DNA from: Bacteroidota bacterium
GTDB lineage: Bacteria > Bacteroidota > Bacteroidia > Bacteroidales > FEN-979
DNA length: 64,000 nucleotides
Assembly: GCA_037133475.1 (NCBI GenBank)
Contig: JBAXOB010000002.1
Span: forward strand, 132,121-196,120
Reading direction: 5' to 3'
This document shows, in pieces, positions 36,706 through 45,745 of this stretch. The number at the start of each line of letters is the position of its first letter. Position 1 is the stretch's first letter. Position numbers and translations under genes: made by a program. Under the pieces are notes generated by a model. The model was not told the DNA's origin, searched no databases, and saw nothing but the letters and a program-made list of their open reading frames with translations.

Positions 36706-38049
36706 TCAGCTTTTCAGGTTTTTCGTAATGACCAGCGCACCGCCCTTCATCACCATTTCTGCTCCGCCCTGAACGGGGAACCCTTCATAGATCTCCGAAT
36801 CACAATGGGAAAGATGAGTTTTCGCGGAGATTACTCTCTTTATTCCCGGGTCCCAGATCACCAGGTCGGCATCATAACCGGGCAGCAGTTTGCCTTTTCG
36901 GTCGCCATATCCAAAGATCTCCGCGGGGCGGGTGGATACCAGGCTTACCAGCCGGCTCATGCTGATCTTATTTGTCAATACACCATAGGTGTAAAGCAAT
37001 CCCAACCTGTGTTCTACACCCCCTGCACCGTTGGGGATCCGGGTAAAATCATGCAACCCGCGATCCTTCTGGCCAACCAGGTTGAAGGGGCAGTGGTCGG
37101 TGGCCACCACATCGAAGGTGCCGTCGGACAGCCCTGCCCAAAGCCTCTGCTGGTCGTCCTTGCCGCGCAGGGGCGGTGAGATGACATAGGGCAAAACATG
37201 CAGATCATCGGGCATACCATGCAGGGAATCATCAAGCAGCAGGTATTGGGGGCAGGTCTCTCCCGAAACCTGTATCCCCTCCTGTTTTGCTTTTGAAATG
37301 GCATCTGCCCCCTGCCGCGTCGAGGTGTGCACAATATAGGCCTGGCAGCCTGTTTTGGCTGACAATTCAATCACCTTCCCGATCGCCCTTATCTCCGCTT
37401 CGGGCGGGTGCGACAGGGCATGGAACCGCGCACCGGTCATACCGTCACGCAGGAACTCCTGCTGCAGGCTGGCAATCATCGCTCCATCCTCACAATGAAC
37501 CATCACCACGCCTCCGCGCAGGCCCACCACCTGCATCATCTGGCAGAGTTCCTCCGGGTTGATGCCGATCGATTCGCGATAGGCGAGGTAGGCCTTGAAG
37601 GAACGAATCCCCTCCCTCTCCATACAGGTAACAACTTCGGATGCAACCTCCCTGTTCCATTCGCTGATCCCCACATGCAGGCCATATCCGGCAAGCGATG
37701 AGGCCGCTTCGACCCGCCTTGGATATAACGCCTCCGCCAGGGACTGGCCACGGCGGGGGGTGACGAAGTCCATGAAAAATGTGGTTCCACCTGACAGGGC
37801 GGCGATGCTGCCCGACCTGAAATCGTCGCACGAATTCCCCGCCGGCGTTGGCAATGCAAAGTGCACATGAGGATCGAACCCTCCCGGCAAAACAAACTTA
37901 CCAACTGCATCAATGGTCGTGTGTCCGGGGTACAAAGCCGGATCCAACTGCCCCACAGCTGTAATCAGGCCGTTGTCAACAGCTACATCTGCCCGGCAGT
38001 TGGTTTCTGCCGCAACAATGGTTCCGTTCCGGATAAGGTAAGGGGTCAT
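36706..38049 (-). CDS. hyuA: D-hydantoinase/dihydropyrimidinase family amidohydrolase (HyuA-like)
   Basis: 447 aa cyclic amidohydrolase. 'PGGFDPHVHF', 'KAYLAY', 'VMVHCEDG', 'YIVHTS', 'VVATDHCPF'. Tail-to-tail with ygeW, 1 nt apart. Confidence 0.85.
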   Translation of the reverse strand: MTPYLIRNGTIVAAETNCRADVAVDNGLITAVGQLDPALYPGHTTIDAVGKFVLPGGFDPHVHFALPTPAGNSCDDFRSGSIAALSGGTTFFMDFVTPRRGQSLAEALYPRRVEAASSLAGYGLHVGISEWNREVASEVVTCMEREGIRSFKAYLAYRESIGINPEELCQMMQVVGLRGGVVMVHCEDGAMIASLQQEFLRDGMTGARFHALSHPPEAEIRAIGKVIELSAKTGCQAYIVHTSTRQGADAISKAKQEGIQVSGETCPQYLLLDDSLHGMPDDLHVLPYVISPPLRGKDDQQRLWAGLSDGTFDVVATDHCPFNLVGQKDRGLHDFTRIPNGAGGVEHRLGLLYTYGVLTNKISMSRLVSLVSTRPAEIFGYGDRKGKLLPGYDADLVIWDPGIKRVISAKTHLSHCDSEIYEGFPVQGGAEMVMKGGALVITKNLKS

Positions 38050-38054
38050 GGGAG

Positions 38055-39326
38055 TTATAAAAGTTTCCAGAGTCTTTCAGCCTGTTCGCGGGCCTCAAGC
38101 AGGATTTCTGATTCATCAACGGTAACCACGATGCCTTCGTCAACAATCAGCCTGCCCTGCGAGATGACATGGGTGATTTGCCTTGCTTCCAGCCCAAAGA
38201 GGAAATGCCCGTAAAAGTTATCCTGTTTAAAGGGAGTAGGCGTATCATAGTCAAAAACGACGAGGTTGTTGTCGCTGTCGCCCGTGAAGCGGTTCGACTG
38301 AAGGTAGCGATGTACATTCCTTAACCGTTGATATGCCGTTGTATAATTCATTGAATCAAAGTTATGGCCTGCAAAAAAGGCCGAACCGGCACTGCGGATC
38401 ATGTCGCTGTGCATCCCGTCGGTACCCAGCATAATCCTGGTTCCCAGACCCTTTGAATTGAAAAAACCGACCCCGTTGTTCAGGTTGCTCTCCATATTCT
38501 GAACCACCCAGGCGGGCGATCCTTCAACCAGCCCCCGCTCGTGGTCGTCGAGGTGGAGACAATGGGCCAGGATGGTGGCGGGGAACTGCAAAACACCCGC
38601 ATCTGCCAGCCTTCCTATAATACGGGTATTGAAATGCTTCTCGCAATGTTCTTCATCCGACTGATCTTCCGCCACGTGGATATGGATCCCCGAGCGGGTT
38701 TGTGCAGCCAGGTCAACCGCCCGTTTCAGGGTTTGGTCACCGACGGTGAAGGAGGCGTGCAACCCCACCAGTCCCTGCCGCTGCGCAAGGTATGCAGAGG
38801 ATTCCGCGAGTCCCTTGGCGGCAATCTCCATCCCGTCGCGGTCGGAAATTTCAAAGCACAGCAGGTGACCGATGCCCACGGCATCGAATGCCTGTGCGAT
38901 AATCTCCAGGCTTCCCTCCACCGCAAAGGGCGAGGCATGATGATCGATGACGAAGGTAACGCCCCGTTTGGCGCAGGCAATGGCGGTAACCAGCGCGCTG
39001 GCCCTGATCATGGCGGGGTCGAGGGCCTTGTCAAGGGCCCACCAGACATACCGGAGGATCTCCCGGAAATTGACGGGATTCTTCCCTGGCGCCGGCATCC
39101 CGCGTGCCAGGGCTGAGTAGGCATGGTGATGCCCGTTTGCAAAGGACCGGGTGATGAACCGCCCGGTGCAATCGATGGTTCTGTCAACCCGGTTTCCGGA
39201 CTGTGCTGCCTGAAGGGGGTCCGGGAAAACGAGGGTGCCGGCTGCACCCGGTTCCACCAGCACGTCGGCCTGCCTGAATTCCAGCGTTTGCCAGTCGATG
39301 AATGTGCCATTCCTGAGTAGTATCAT
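38055..39326 (-). CDS. ssnA: SsnA-type putative aminohydrolase (chlorohydrolase/deaminase superfamily)
   Basis: 423 aa. 'NGHHHAYSALARGM', 'VWWALDKALD', 'VIDHHASP', 'HIHVAEDQSD', 'LGTDGMHSDM' parallel remembered E. coli SsnA. Confidence 0.85.
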   Translation of the reverse strand: MILLRNGTFIDWQTLEFRQADVLVEPGAAGTLVFPDPLQAAQSGNRVDRTIDCTGRFITRSFANGHHHAYSALARGMPAPGKNPVNFREILRYVWWALDKALDPAMIRASALVTAIACAKRGVTFVIDHHASPFAVEGSLEIIAQAFDAVGIGHLLCFEISDRDGMEIAAKGLAESSAYLAQRQGLVGLHASFTVGDQTLKRAVDLAAQTRSGIHIHVAEDQSDEEHCEKHFNTRIIGRLADAGVLQFPATILAHCLHLDDHERGLVEGSPAWVVQNMESNLNNGVGFFNSKGLGTRIMLGTDGMHSDMIRSAGSAFFAGHNFDSMNYTTAYQRLRNVHRYLQSNRFTGDSDNNLVVFDYDTPTPFKQDNFYGHFLFGLEARQITHVISQGRLIVDEGIVVTVDESEILLEAREQAERLWKLL

Positions 39327-39343
39327 AGCTGTATTAATCGATC

Positions 39344-39351
39344 CAAATGTA
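39344..39351 (-). promoter_or_regulatory. -7 promoter box (tacatttg on minus strand) for ssnA-hyuA
   Basis: TAnnTTTG match 17 nt upstream of the ssnA ATG (39326). Confidence 0.45.
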
Positions 39352-39364
39352 GTGAGAAATTTAA

Positions 39365-39822
39365 AACTATTTTTACTCCAACATTACCGGGCGTAAGTAC
39401 CTGGCGTTATTCAAGGGGCTGCATTTTGAGACCGAAAAATGGAACCGTTTATTCCAGCTTCCCCTCGATTCGGTCATTGACCATTATTCCTCCGGGATGA
39501 ATAAGAAGCTTGCCTTCATGGGCGTACTAAAGCAAAATAAGCCGGTCATGATCCCTTTAACGGCCTCGACATTGAAACCTGCAGGATCATCCGCCAGATC
39601 CTGTTAATACTGAAAGACCAGGATAAAACCATCATCATCACATCGCATATCATCGAAACCCTGACAAACCTCTGCGATCTGATTCATTACCTGCAAATGG
39701 GAAAAATATTGTTTACCAAAAATAAAAGTGAGTTTGCAGAGTTCGAAAAAACGATCTTTGCATCGACCGAACATAAAAATGAGAATATCATCAACGAACT
39801 GACAAACAACATATTAAAGTAG
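39365..39822 (+). pseudogene. ABC transporter ATP-binding protein relic (5'-truncated, Walker B deleted, frameshifted)
   Basis: Frame 2 reads '...ITGRKYLALFKGLHFETEKWNRLFQLPLDSVIDHYSSGMNKKLAFMGVLKQNKPVMI'. It then switches frame at 39553 to 'PFNGLDIETCRIIRQILLILKDQDKTIIITSHIIETLTNLCDLIHYLQMGKILF...ILK*'. There is no Walker A, and the LDE of Walker B is missing. Confidence 0.75.
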
Positions 39823-39842
39823 AACGTTTTTTTTGGCAAGAA

Positions 39843-39947
39843 TAACCACAATGACACAAAGAATGCACAATGACACAATGGGAAATTTTAATGATGCATC
39901 CCAAAAACTGTTGTGCTGTTGTTTATTTACTTTGTGCAAAGGTGGTA
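39843..39947. repeat. imperfect palindromic CACAA-rich intergenic element (copy B)
   Basis: The left arm taaccacaatgacacaaagaatgcacaatgacacaatgg matches the reverse complement of the right arm, taccacctttgcacaaagtaaataaacaacagcacaacag. Confidence 0.6.
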
Positions 39948-40017
39948 CAAGATATATATCGCATCTGTAAAAAAAAACAGGATCAACTAATTATGAATAA
40001 ACTAAATAAGAATAACC

Positions 40018-40197
40018 ATGGAATTAACCGACCAGATTTTAACCGTAATTGAGAAAGCCGGTGCCCCGGTGACAGCCGGGCAGATTGTTGAGTTATCGGG
40101 AATCGACCGCAAGGAGGTTGACAAGGCGATGAAAAAGCTGAAAACCACCGGGAGGATCACCTCGCCGAAGAACTGTTACTGGGAAGCTGCCAAATAG
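40018..40197 (+). CDS. small winged-helix DNA-binding protein (59 aa, below the ORF-track cutoff)
   Basis: '[59 protein letters not shown]'. Helix-turn-helix-wing pattern (ligand name / EIA-like helix / KxVxKxLKxLxxxGxI / SPxxCxW). GC-normal codon usage inside an AT-rich spacer. Confidence 0.55.
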   Translation: MELTDQILTVIEKAGAPVTAGQIVELSGIDRKEVDKAMKKLKTTGRITSPKNCYWEAAK

Positions 40198-40202
40198 CAG
40201 GG

Positions 40203-42890
40203 TCATGGCCGGGTTCCCGGTTCCCGTTTCATAGGCAGCCTGGTTCTTCTGATACCGTCGAACCGGAACAATGCATTGGCTACCGCGGCGGCGGTCGGCA
40301 CAAGCCCGATTTCGCCGATGCCCTTGGCACCGTAAGGCCCTACGGGGTCGTGTACCTCCACTCCTATTACCTCGATATCAGGTGTTTCCATGGCTGAAAG
40401 CACCCCGCAGTCGGCAAGTTTTGCGCTCACCAGCCTGCTGCCGTCCATGGGCAGATCTTCGGTAAGGGCGTAGCCCAATCCCATATGGACGGCTCCCTGG
40501 ATCTGCCCCTCGAAGAGCATCGGGTTCATGATCCTGCCGGCATCGTGCGCCGCATAAACTTTTTCAACCTCCCCTTTATCATCGAGAACGACCAGCTGGG
40601 CAGCATACCCGTAGGAGTAATGGGTGATGATCTTTTCCGCGCTGGTTCCGGGTTTGGTGGTCCAGTCACAATAATATTTTCCCGGGTAACTCCTCCCGGC
40701 CAGCAGCTTCAGAAGCTCCAGTTCTACCGGCTGAACAGGCTGCGCGCCCGGAGCTGTTCCAGTCTCTCCAGCACCTCCCTGTTTTACCCTGATTTCGTTG
40801 ATATCCCCTGATAGCGCTGCAGCTGCGTCAATTATGGCATTGCCCAGCAGTGCGGTGGCCCTCGACGAGGTGGTCATACCGGTTGGCAACGCCGCCAGGG
40901 TATCCACAGAAACATCCATCAGCGAAGCGGCAATGCCCGTTTCCTGCTGCAGCGTCTGGATCGCCATGTTTTGCACTCCCTGTCCCATCTCGGTCCAGCC
41001 ATGTTCTATGGCAACACGGCCATCGGGACCAATGCTGATCCTGACGTCACAAAAATCGGTCATCCCGTTGCCGACACCCGAATTCTTGATGCCACAGGCC
41101 AGCCCGGCAAATTTTGCAGCGTAAAAATGATCTTTCAGCGCCAGCAGGCAGGCTTTGATGCCCACTCCCGCCTCCAGTACCTGGCCGGTGGCGGTCATTT
41201 TGCCGTTTTCAAGGGCGTTTGCGAACCTGAACTTCCAGCGGTCAAAGCCGCCCTTTTCACACAGGTCATCGATGCTGCTTTCAAGGGCAAATGCAACCTG
41301 GTTGGCGCCAAACCCGCGCATGGCGCCCGAAGGGATGTTGTTGGTGTATACGGTCAGCGATTCAATGTCCACTGCGGGCAGATGGTATCCCCCGCTGGCG
41401 TGGCCTGCCACGCGTTCCATCACCTTGGTTCCTACCGATGCGTAGGCGCCCGTATCGCCGATGGCACGCAGGTGCAGTGCAGTAAGGATACCGTTTTCAT
41501 CACAGCCCAATGCAATATCCATCCACACCGGGTGACGCTTGGGATGCATCCTGACCGACTCCTCCCTAGAAAGGGTTAATTTCACGGGGCTTTGCAGCAA
41601 GAATGCAAAAAGGGAGACATGCCCCTGCACCGTCATATCTTCCCGCCCGCCAAAGCCACCCCCGCAGGGTACGAGCGTTACGCGGACCTTTTCTTCGGCC
41701 AGCCCCAGCAACGAGGCCACCTGTTGCTGATCAACGTAAATTCCTTGTCCCTGGCTGTAAAGATGAATCCCATCGTCATCCGGCAATGCCAAGCCGGACT
41801 CTGGTTCCAGGAAGGCATGCTCAATCCGCTGGGTTTCATAAATGCCGGAGGAGATGAAGGCGGAACGGGCCAATAGCTCATCGACGGGATCTCCTCTTTT
41901 TACGACGCATTTTTCCAGCAGGTTGGGTCTGCCGGGGTGAACCTGCTCCGACCCTTGTTCCAGTGCCCGGTGCATGTCTGAAACAGGCTCCAACACCTCA
42001 TATTCAATGCGGATCATCGCGGCTGCTTTACGCGCAGTTGCACCATCCACCGCCACCACTCCCGCGACAACATCGCCGATATAGCGGGTAATCTCGCCGG
42101 GGGCGATCATCAGCGGCCAGTCGCTGATGATCAGGCCGGTAAACCGGTCGCCGGGGACATCGGATGCCGTAAATATCCTCACAACTCCATCCATCTGCGA
42201 GGCCTCGGTGACATTCACGGAGATCACCCTGGCACGGGGATGGTCGCTGAAGCGCAGTGCCCCGTATAGCATGCCTTCAATTTTCATATCATTGACAAAC
42301 AGCCGCTTCCCGATGGCTGTTTCAAAAGCCCCGTACTTCGTAAGGGAGTTCCCGATGCCGCCCTTAAATCCCTCCGTATCATCTGCACCGGCGATATCTT
42401 CACAAACGGTTTCATTCGCGGAGGGTGAAGCCTCTCTCAGGTTTTTCAAAGCTGTTTCGATGGCATCGATAATTTTAACATAGCCGGTACAACGGCAAAG
42501 GTTGAGATTGACGGCTTTTTTGATCTGTTCCCGCGTCGGAAACGGATTTTCAGCAAACAGCACCTTCGTGCGCATGATGAAGCCGGGGGTACAGAACCCG
42601 CATTGCACGGCTCCCCTGTCAACATAGGCCTTTGCAATCACATCACGAACTTCGGCGGGAATTCCCTCCATGGTGACAACATGCGCTCCCTCCAGGAATT
42701 TCATCTTCCGGGTACACGACAACCGTGCCTTTCCGTCGATTTCCACCATGCAGGCACCACAGGCTGCCTCTCCCGAGCATCCATCCTTGGCCGAGGTAAT
42801 TCCTTCGGTCTCACGCAGGTATTGCAGCAATGTAAGGTTTTCATCACCCCGGTATCCGATGCTCCTGTTGTTCAGCGTAAATACAATCAT
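40203..42890 (-). CDS. selenium-dependent-type molybdenum hydroxylase (XdhD-like; N-terminal [2Fe-2S] domains fused to molybdopterin subunit, no FAD domain)
   Basis: 895 aa. 'DGCSGEAACGACMV', 'QCGFCTPGFIM', 'NLCRCTGYVKI', then a/b-hammerhead and Moco domains ('GGGFGGREDM', 'MRGFGANQ', 'GWTEMGQGV', 'KGIGEIGLVPTAAAV'). ATGA overlap with the upstream PLP gene. Confidence 0.85.
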   Translation of the reverse strand: MIVFTLNNRSIGYRGDENLTLLQYLRETEGITSAKDGCSGEAACGACMVEIDGKARLSCTRKMKFLEGAHVVTMEGIPAEVRDVIAKAYVDRGAVQCGFCTPGFIMRTKVLFAENPFPTREQIKKAVNLNLCRCTGYVKIIDAIETALKNLREASPSANETVCEDIAGADDTEGFKGGIGNSLTKYGAFETAIGKRLFVNDMKIEGMLYGALRFSDHPRARVISVNVTEASQMDGVVRIFTASDVPGDRFTGLIISDWPLMIAPGEITRYIGDVVAGVVAVDGATARKAAAMIRIEYEVLEPVSDMHRALEQGSEQVHPGRPNLLEKCVVKRGDPVDELLARSAFISSGIYETQRIEHAFLEPESGLALPDDDGIHLYSQGQGIYVDQQQVASLLGLAEEKVRVTLVPCGGGFGGREDMTVQGHVSLFAFLLQSPVKLTLSREESVRMHPKRHPVWMDIALGCDENGILTALHLRAIGDTGAYASVGTKVMERVAGHASGGYHLPAVDIESLTVYTNNIPSGAMRGFGANQVAFALESSIDDLCEKGGFDRWKFRFANALENGKMTATGQVLEAGVGIKACLLALKDHFYAAKFAGLACGIKNSGVGNGMTDFCDVRISIGPDGRVAIEHGWTEMGQGVQNMAIQTLQQETGIAASLMDVSVDTLAALPTGMTTSSRATALLGNAIIDAAAALSGDINEIRVKQGGAGETGTAPGAQPVQPVELELLKLLAGRSYPGKYYCDWTTKPGTSAEKIITHYSYGYAAQLVVLDDKGEVEKVYAAHDAGRIMNPMLFEGQIQGAVHMGLGYALTEDLPMDGSRLVSAKLADCGVLSAMETPDIEVIGVEVHDPVGPYGAKGIGEIGLVPTAAAVANALFRFDGIRRTRLPMKREPGTRP

Positions 42891-44188
42891 GAGCGGCTGA
42901 TTTTTTGTTTGTTCAGAAAGTCGTCTACAGCGCGGCGATCTGTTCCGACCGGCTCCGGTATGGAAATAGATGACTGTACCGCCTCCAGGTCTTTCAGCCC
43001 GCTGCCGGTCAGCAACACCACGTTGGAGGATCCTGCCGGGATCAGGCCCAGCCTGCGGTATTTTTCCATACCGGCATATGCCGCGGCGGCGGCGGGCTCG
43101 CAGAAAATTCCTGCCGACCGGGCCACCTGCAGCGAGGCGGCTAATATCTCCCCATCCGAAACCGCAATGGTCTCCCCGTCATATTTGCTGATATAGCCTG
43201 CTGTCATATGAAAACAACGCGGAACATCCACCGATATCGAATCGGCGACGGTTTTCGATGCAACCGGCACAAAGGGCCGGCCAAGGTTGTCAATCAGGTT
43301 GCTGCTTCCTTCCGACTGAACGGCAACCGCGACCGGCATCCTGTCGATGATCCCCAGCATTAAAAGGTCTTCAAATCCCTTGCAGACAGCCGAGTAGATG
43401 ACCCCGTCGCCAACCGGGATGAAGATCCGGTCGGGAACCTGATAACCAAGCTGTTGATAAAGTTCAAACGCTACTGTTTTCTTTCCTTCGATGGTCAGTG
43501 GGTTATAAGCAGTGTTGCGGTTGTACCATCCATGTCTCGCCGTAATCTCCACGCTCGTGTCAAAGGCATCGTCGTAGGTTCCTTTGACCGGAACCAGTAT
43601 GGCTCCATACATCAGGATCTGGGTGAGTTTTGCAAGGGGAGCTGCGGCAGGCACCACGATGACCGACTCCTGTCCCTGCGATGCGCATATCCCGGCCAGG
43701 GAGGAACCAGCATTGCCTGTAGAGGCGGTGATGAGCGTATGGATGTTGTTTTCGCGGGCCCAGGCGGATACAAGCGCCGATGCCCGGTCCTTGAAGGAAA
43801 AGGTGGGATTCTGCGAATCATCCTTTAAAAACAGTTTGAAACCTGCCTTACTATTTTCAACCTGCAAATTTCCTGATACGACAGGAGCCTCAGGGGCCCG
43901 GCCATCCAACCGGTACAGGGGCGTATTCCCGACCTCCAGCCTGGGCCACGAATCCATCGCATGCAAAGGCAATAGCGGGAGGAACCGTTCACCCTGAAGC
44001 CTGTCGAAAAGGCCTGAAACGGGATGCATGTCCCGCATCTTTTGATATGGGTAAAGGGTTTTTAAAACTCCCCGTGGCGGGAATCCGGGCTGGTTGGCGG
44101 CTCCGCATACCGGGCACAGGTAGATGACCTGGTCGCCCGCGTACTCAGCGTGGCAATCGACACACGCGAAGTGATACTTATCGGTCAT
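42887..44188 (-). CDS. threonine-synthase-like PLP (fold type II) enzyme with N-terminal CxxC...CxxC zinc ribbon
   Basis: 433 aa. 'FACVDCHAEY...YLCPVCG', PLP-lysine motif 'NPTFSFKDRASALVS', 'ITASTGNAGSSLA', 'LLTGSGLKD'. Confidence 0.78.
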   Translation of the reverse strand: MTDKYHFACVDCHAEYAGDQVIYLCPVCGAANQPGFPPRGVLKTLYPYQKMRDMHPVSGLFDRLQGERFLPLLPLHAMDSWPRLEVGNTPLYRLDGRAPEAPVVSGNLQVENSKAGFKLFLKDDSQNPTFSFKDRASALVSAWARENNIHTLITASTGNAGSSLAGICASQGQESVIVVPAAAPLAKLTQILMYGAILVPVKGTYDDAFDTSVEITARHGWYNRNTAYNPLTIEGKKTVAFELYQQLGYQVPDRIFIPVGDGVIYSAVCKGFEDLLMLGIIDRMPVAVAVQSEGSSNLIDNLGRPFVPVASKTVADSISVDVPRCFHMTAGYISKYDGETIAVSDGEILAASLQVARSAGIFCEPAAAAAYAGMEKYRRLGLIPAGSSNVVLLTGSGLKDLEAVQSSISIPEPVGTDRRAVDDFLNKQKISRS

Positions 44189-44224
44189 TTTTCAGTTGTT
44201 TTCCTCTCACTTGTAACAGTCATC

Positions 44225-45697
44225 CTAAGTTAACAGCCCTGTACGGGCATTGAAATCATTGATCAGTTCATCCCACCGTGCCGGCTGGCTGAATATCTCG
44301 GCCCAGATATGACGGTCGTCCCATAACTGGCGGAGATCCTCAACCTCCTTGCCCTGCTGTTCAATCCAGGTAAAATATTTCAGGTTATGGATGGCTTTCC
44401 GGTCGACATAACCAAGCTCCTTCATAAAGGCCGGGGCAGTCCCGAACATACATTTTTCATGATCACGGGCAGCCTGCAACGGGGAATAATTTCCGCGCGC
44501 AGCCGTAAGTTCCTCCAGTCTCGATCCGTACATCTGCGCCGAATCGGTGGCAATGGTCACGATGACATCCTCATTCGTGTAATCAAAGTATTTGGCCGTC
44601 TTGATGGCCGAGAGGACATTCCCGATACCGGAGATGCCGATCATGCCGAGTTTTGAGATCAACTCCCTGTCAACACCGCTGGTTGCCAGGTATTGATGAC
44701 CCTCCTTCTCGTTGAACAGGCGCAAAAGGCGCATGCAGTCTTCATCGTCGATGGCGGTAACCACATCGGTATTCCTGACATTATGGATCCAGGGCACATG
44801 TTTGTCGCCGATGCCCTCGATGCGATGGGCCCCAAAGCCATTCTGCAGCAGCGTCGGGCATTGCAGGGCCTCTGATGCCACCACCTTGAGACGGGGGAAT
44901 TTCGTTTTCAGGTAGTCGCCGGCGGCAATGGTTCCGGCCGAACCGGTGGCGGAAACATAGGCTGAAAGAGTTGCATCCTCTCCCCCCGCAATCCTGAAGG
45001 CCTCTTCAATAGCATGGCCTGTAACCTCATAGTGCCAGCATGAATTTCCAAACTCCTCAAACTGGTTAAAGATGATACAATCCTTGCGTGTGCGGCGGAT
45101 TTCCCAGCATTTGTCGTAAATTTCCTTGACATTCGACTCGCATCCGGGTGTGGCGATCACCTCCGCGCCGATCTCCTTCAGCCACTCGAACCTTTCGCGG
45201 CTCATCTCCTCCGGCAAAATGGCCACGGCCGTGACATCCATGAGGAACGAATCGAAGGCGCCACCGCGGCAATAGTTCCCTGTAGAGGGCCATACGGCTT
45301 TATGATATGTGGGGTCGAAACCTCCCGTGATGATGCGCGGGGCAAGGCAGCCGTAAGCGGCACCTACCTTGTGCGCCCCCGTGGGGAACCATTTCCCGAG
45401 CAGCACCAGGATCCGGGCGTCAACCCCGGTCAGTGATTTCGGCAGTTCGATAAAATTAGGTCCGCCAAAAAGACCGCCGGTGGATGTTTGCTCATTTTTC
45501 CAGGTAAGGCGGAATAAATTAAGGGGATGGAGTTCCCATAATCCGATGTTTTTCAGCTTATCCAGGATTTTTCCCGGGATCAGCTCCGGGTTCTGCATCT
45601 GGGCGAAAGTTGGCAGGATTATTCCCCGCGAACGGTAATGGGTGATCGCTTTCTCTAAAACGGCGGGGTCGGTGATGTGGTTGATAATGGGGATCAT
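44225..45697 (-). CDS. uncharacterised PLP-dependent (cysteine-synthase/Trp-synthase-beta-like fold) enzyme with N- and C-terminal extensions
   Basis: 490 aa. 'GKWFPTGAHKVGAAY' (candidate PLP-Lys), 'WPSTGNYCRGGAF', 'SATGSAGTIAAG', 'HRIEGIGDKHVPWI'. About 100 aa N-terminal and about 90 aa C-terminal to the core have no motif I recognise. Confidence 0.7.
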   Translation of the reverse strand: MIPIINHITDPAVLEKAITHYRSRGIILPTFAQMQNPELIPGKILDKLKNIGLWELHPLNLFRLTWKNEQTSTGGLFGGPNFIELPKSLTGVDARILVLLGKWFPTGAHKVGAAYGCLAPRIITGGFDPTYHKAVWPSTGNYCRGGAFDSFLMDVTAVAILPEEMSRERFEWLKEIGAEVIATPGCESNVKEIYDKCWEIRRTRKDCIIFNQFEEFGNSCWHYEVTGHAIEEAFRIAGGEDATLSAYVSATGSAGTIAAGDYLKTKFPRLKVVASEALQCPTLLQNGFGAHRIEGIGDKHVPWIHNVRNTDVVTAIDDEDCMRLLRLFNEKEGHQYLATSGVDRELISKLGMIGISGIGNVLSAIKTAKYFDYTNEDVIVTIATDSAQMYGSRLEELTAARGNYSPLQAARDHEKCMFGTAPAFMKELGYVDRKAIHNLKYFTWIEQQGKEVEDLRQLWDDRHIWAEIFSQPARWDELINDFNARTGLLT

Positions 45698-45745
45698 ATG
45701 TAAGTTTTATGGTTTTCCTTGGAATCTGAGAAATAGCTGGGGGGA

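Noticed and set aside
39687-40052. ORFs 39687..39878(-) and 39870..40052(+) in the ssnA/hydroxylase spacer.
   Set aside because: The first is antisense to the ABC-ATPase relic. The second runs through the palindromic element and an AT-rich tract with Cys/Lys/Asn-rich nonsense composition. The 59-aa frame at 40018..40197 is the only one with coding texture.
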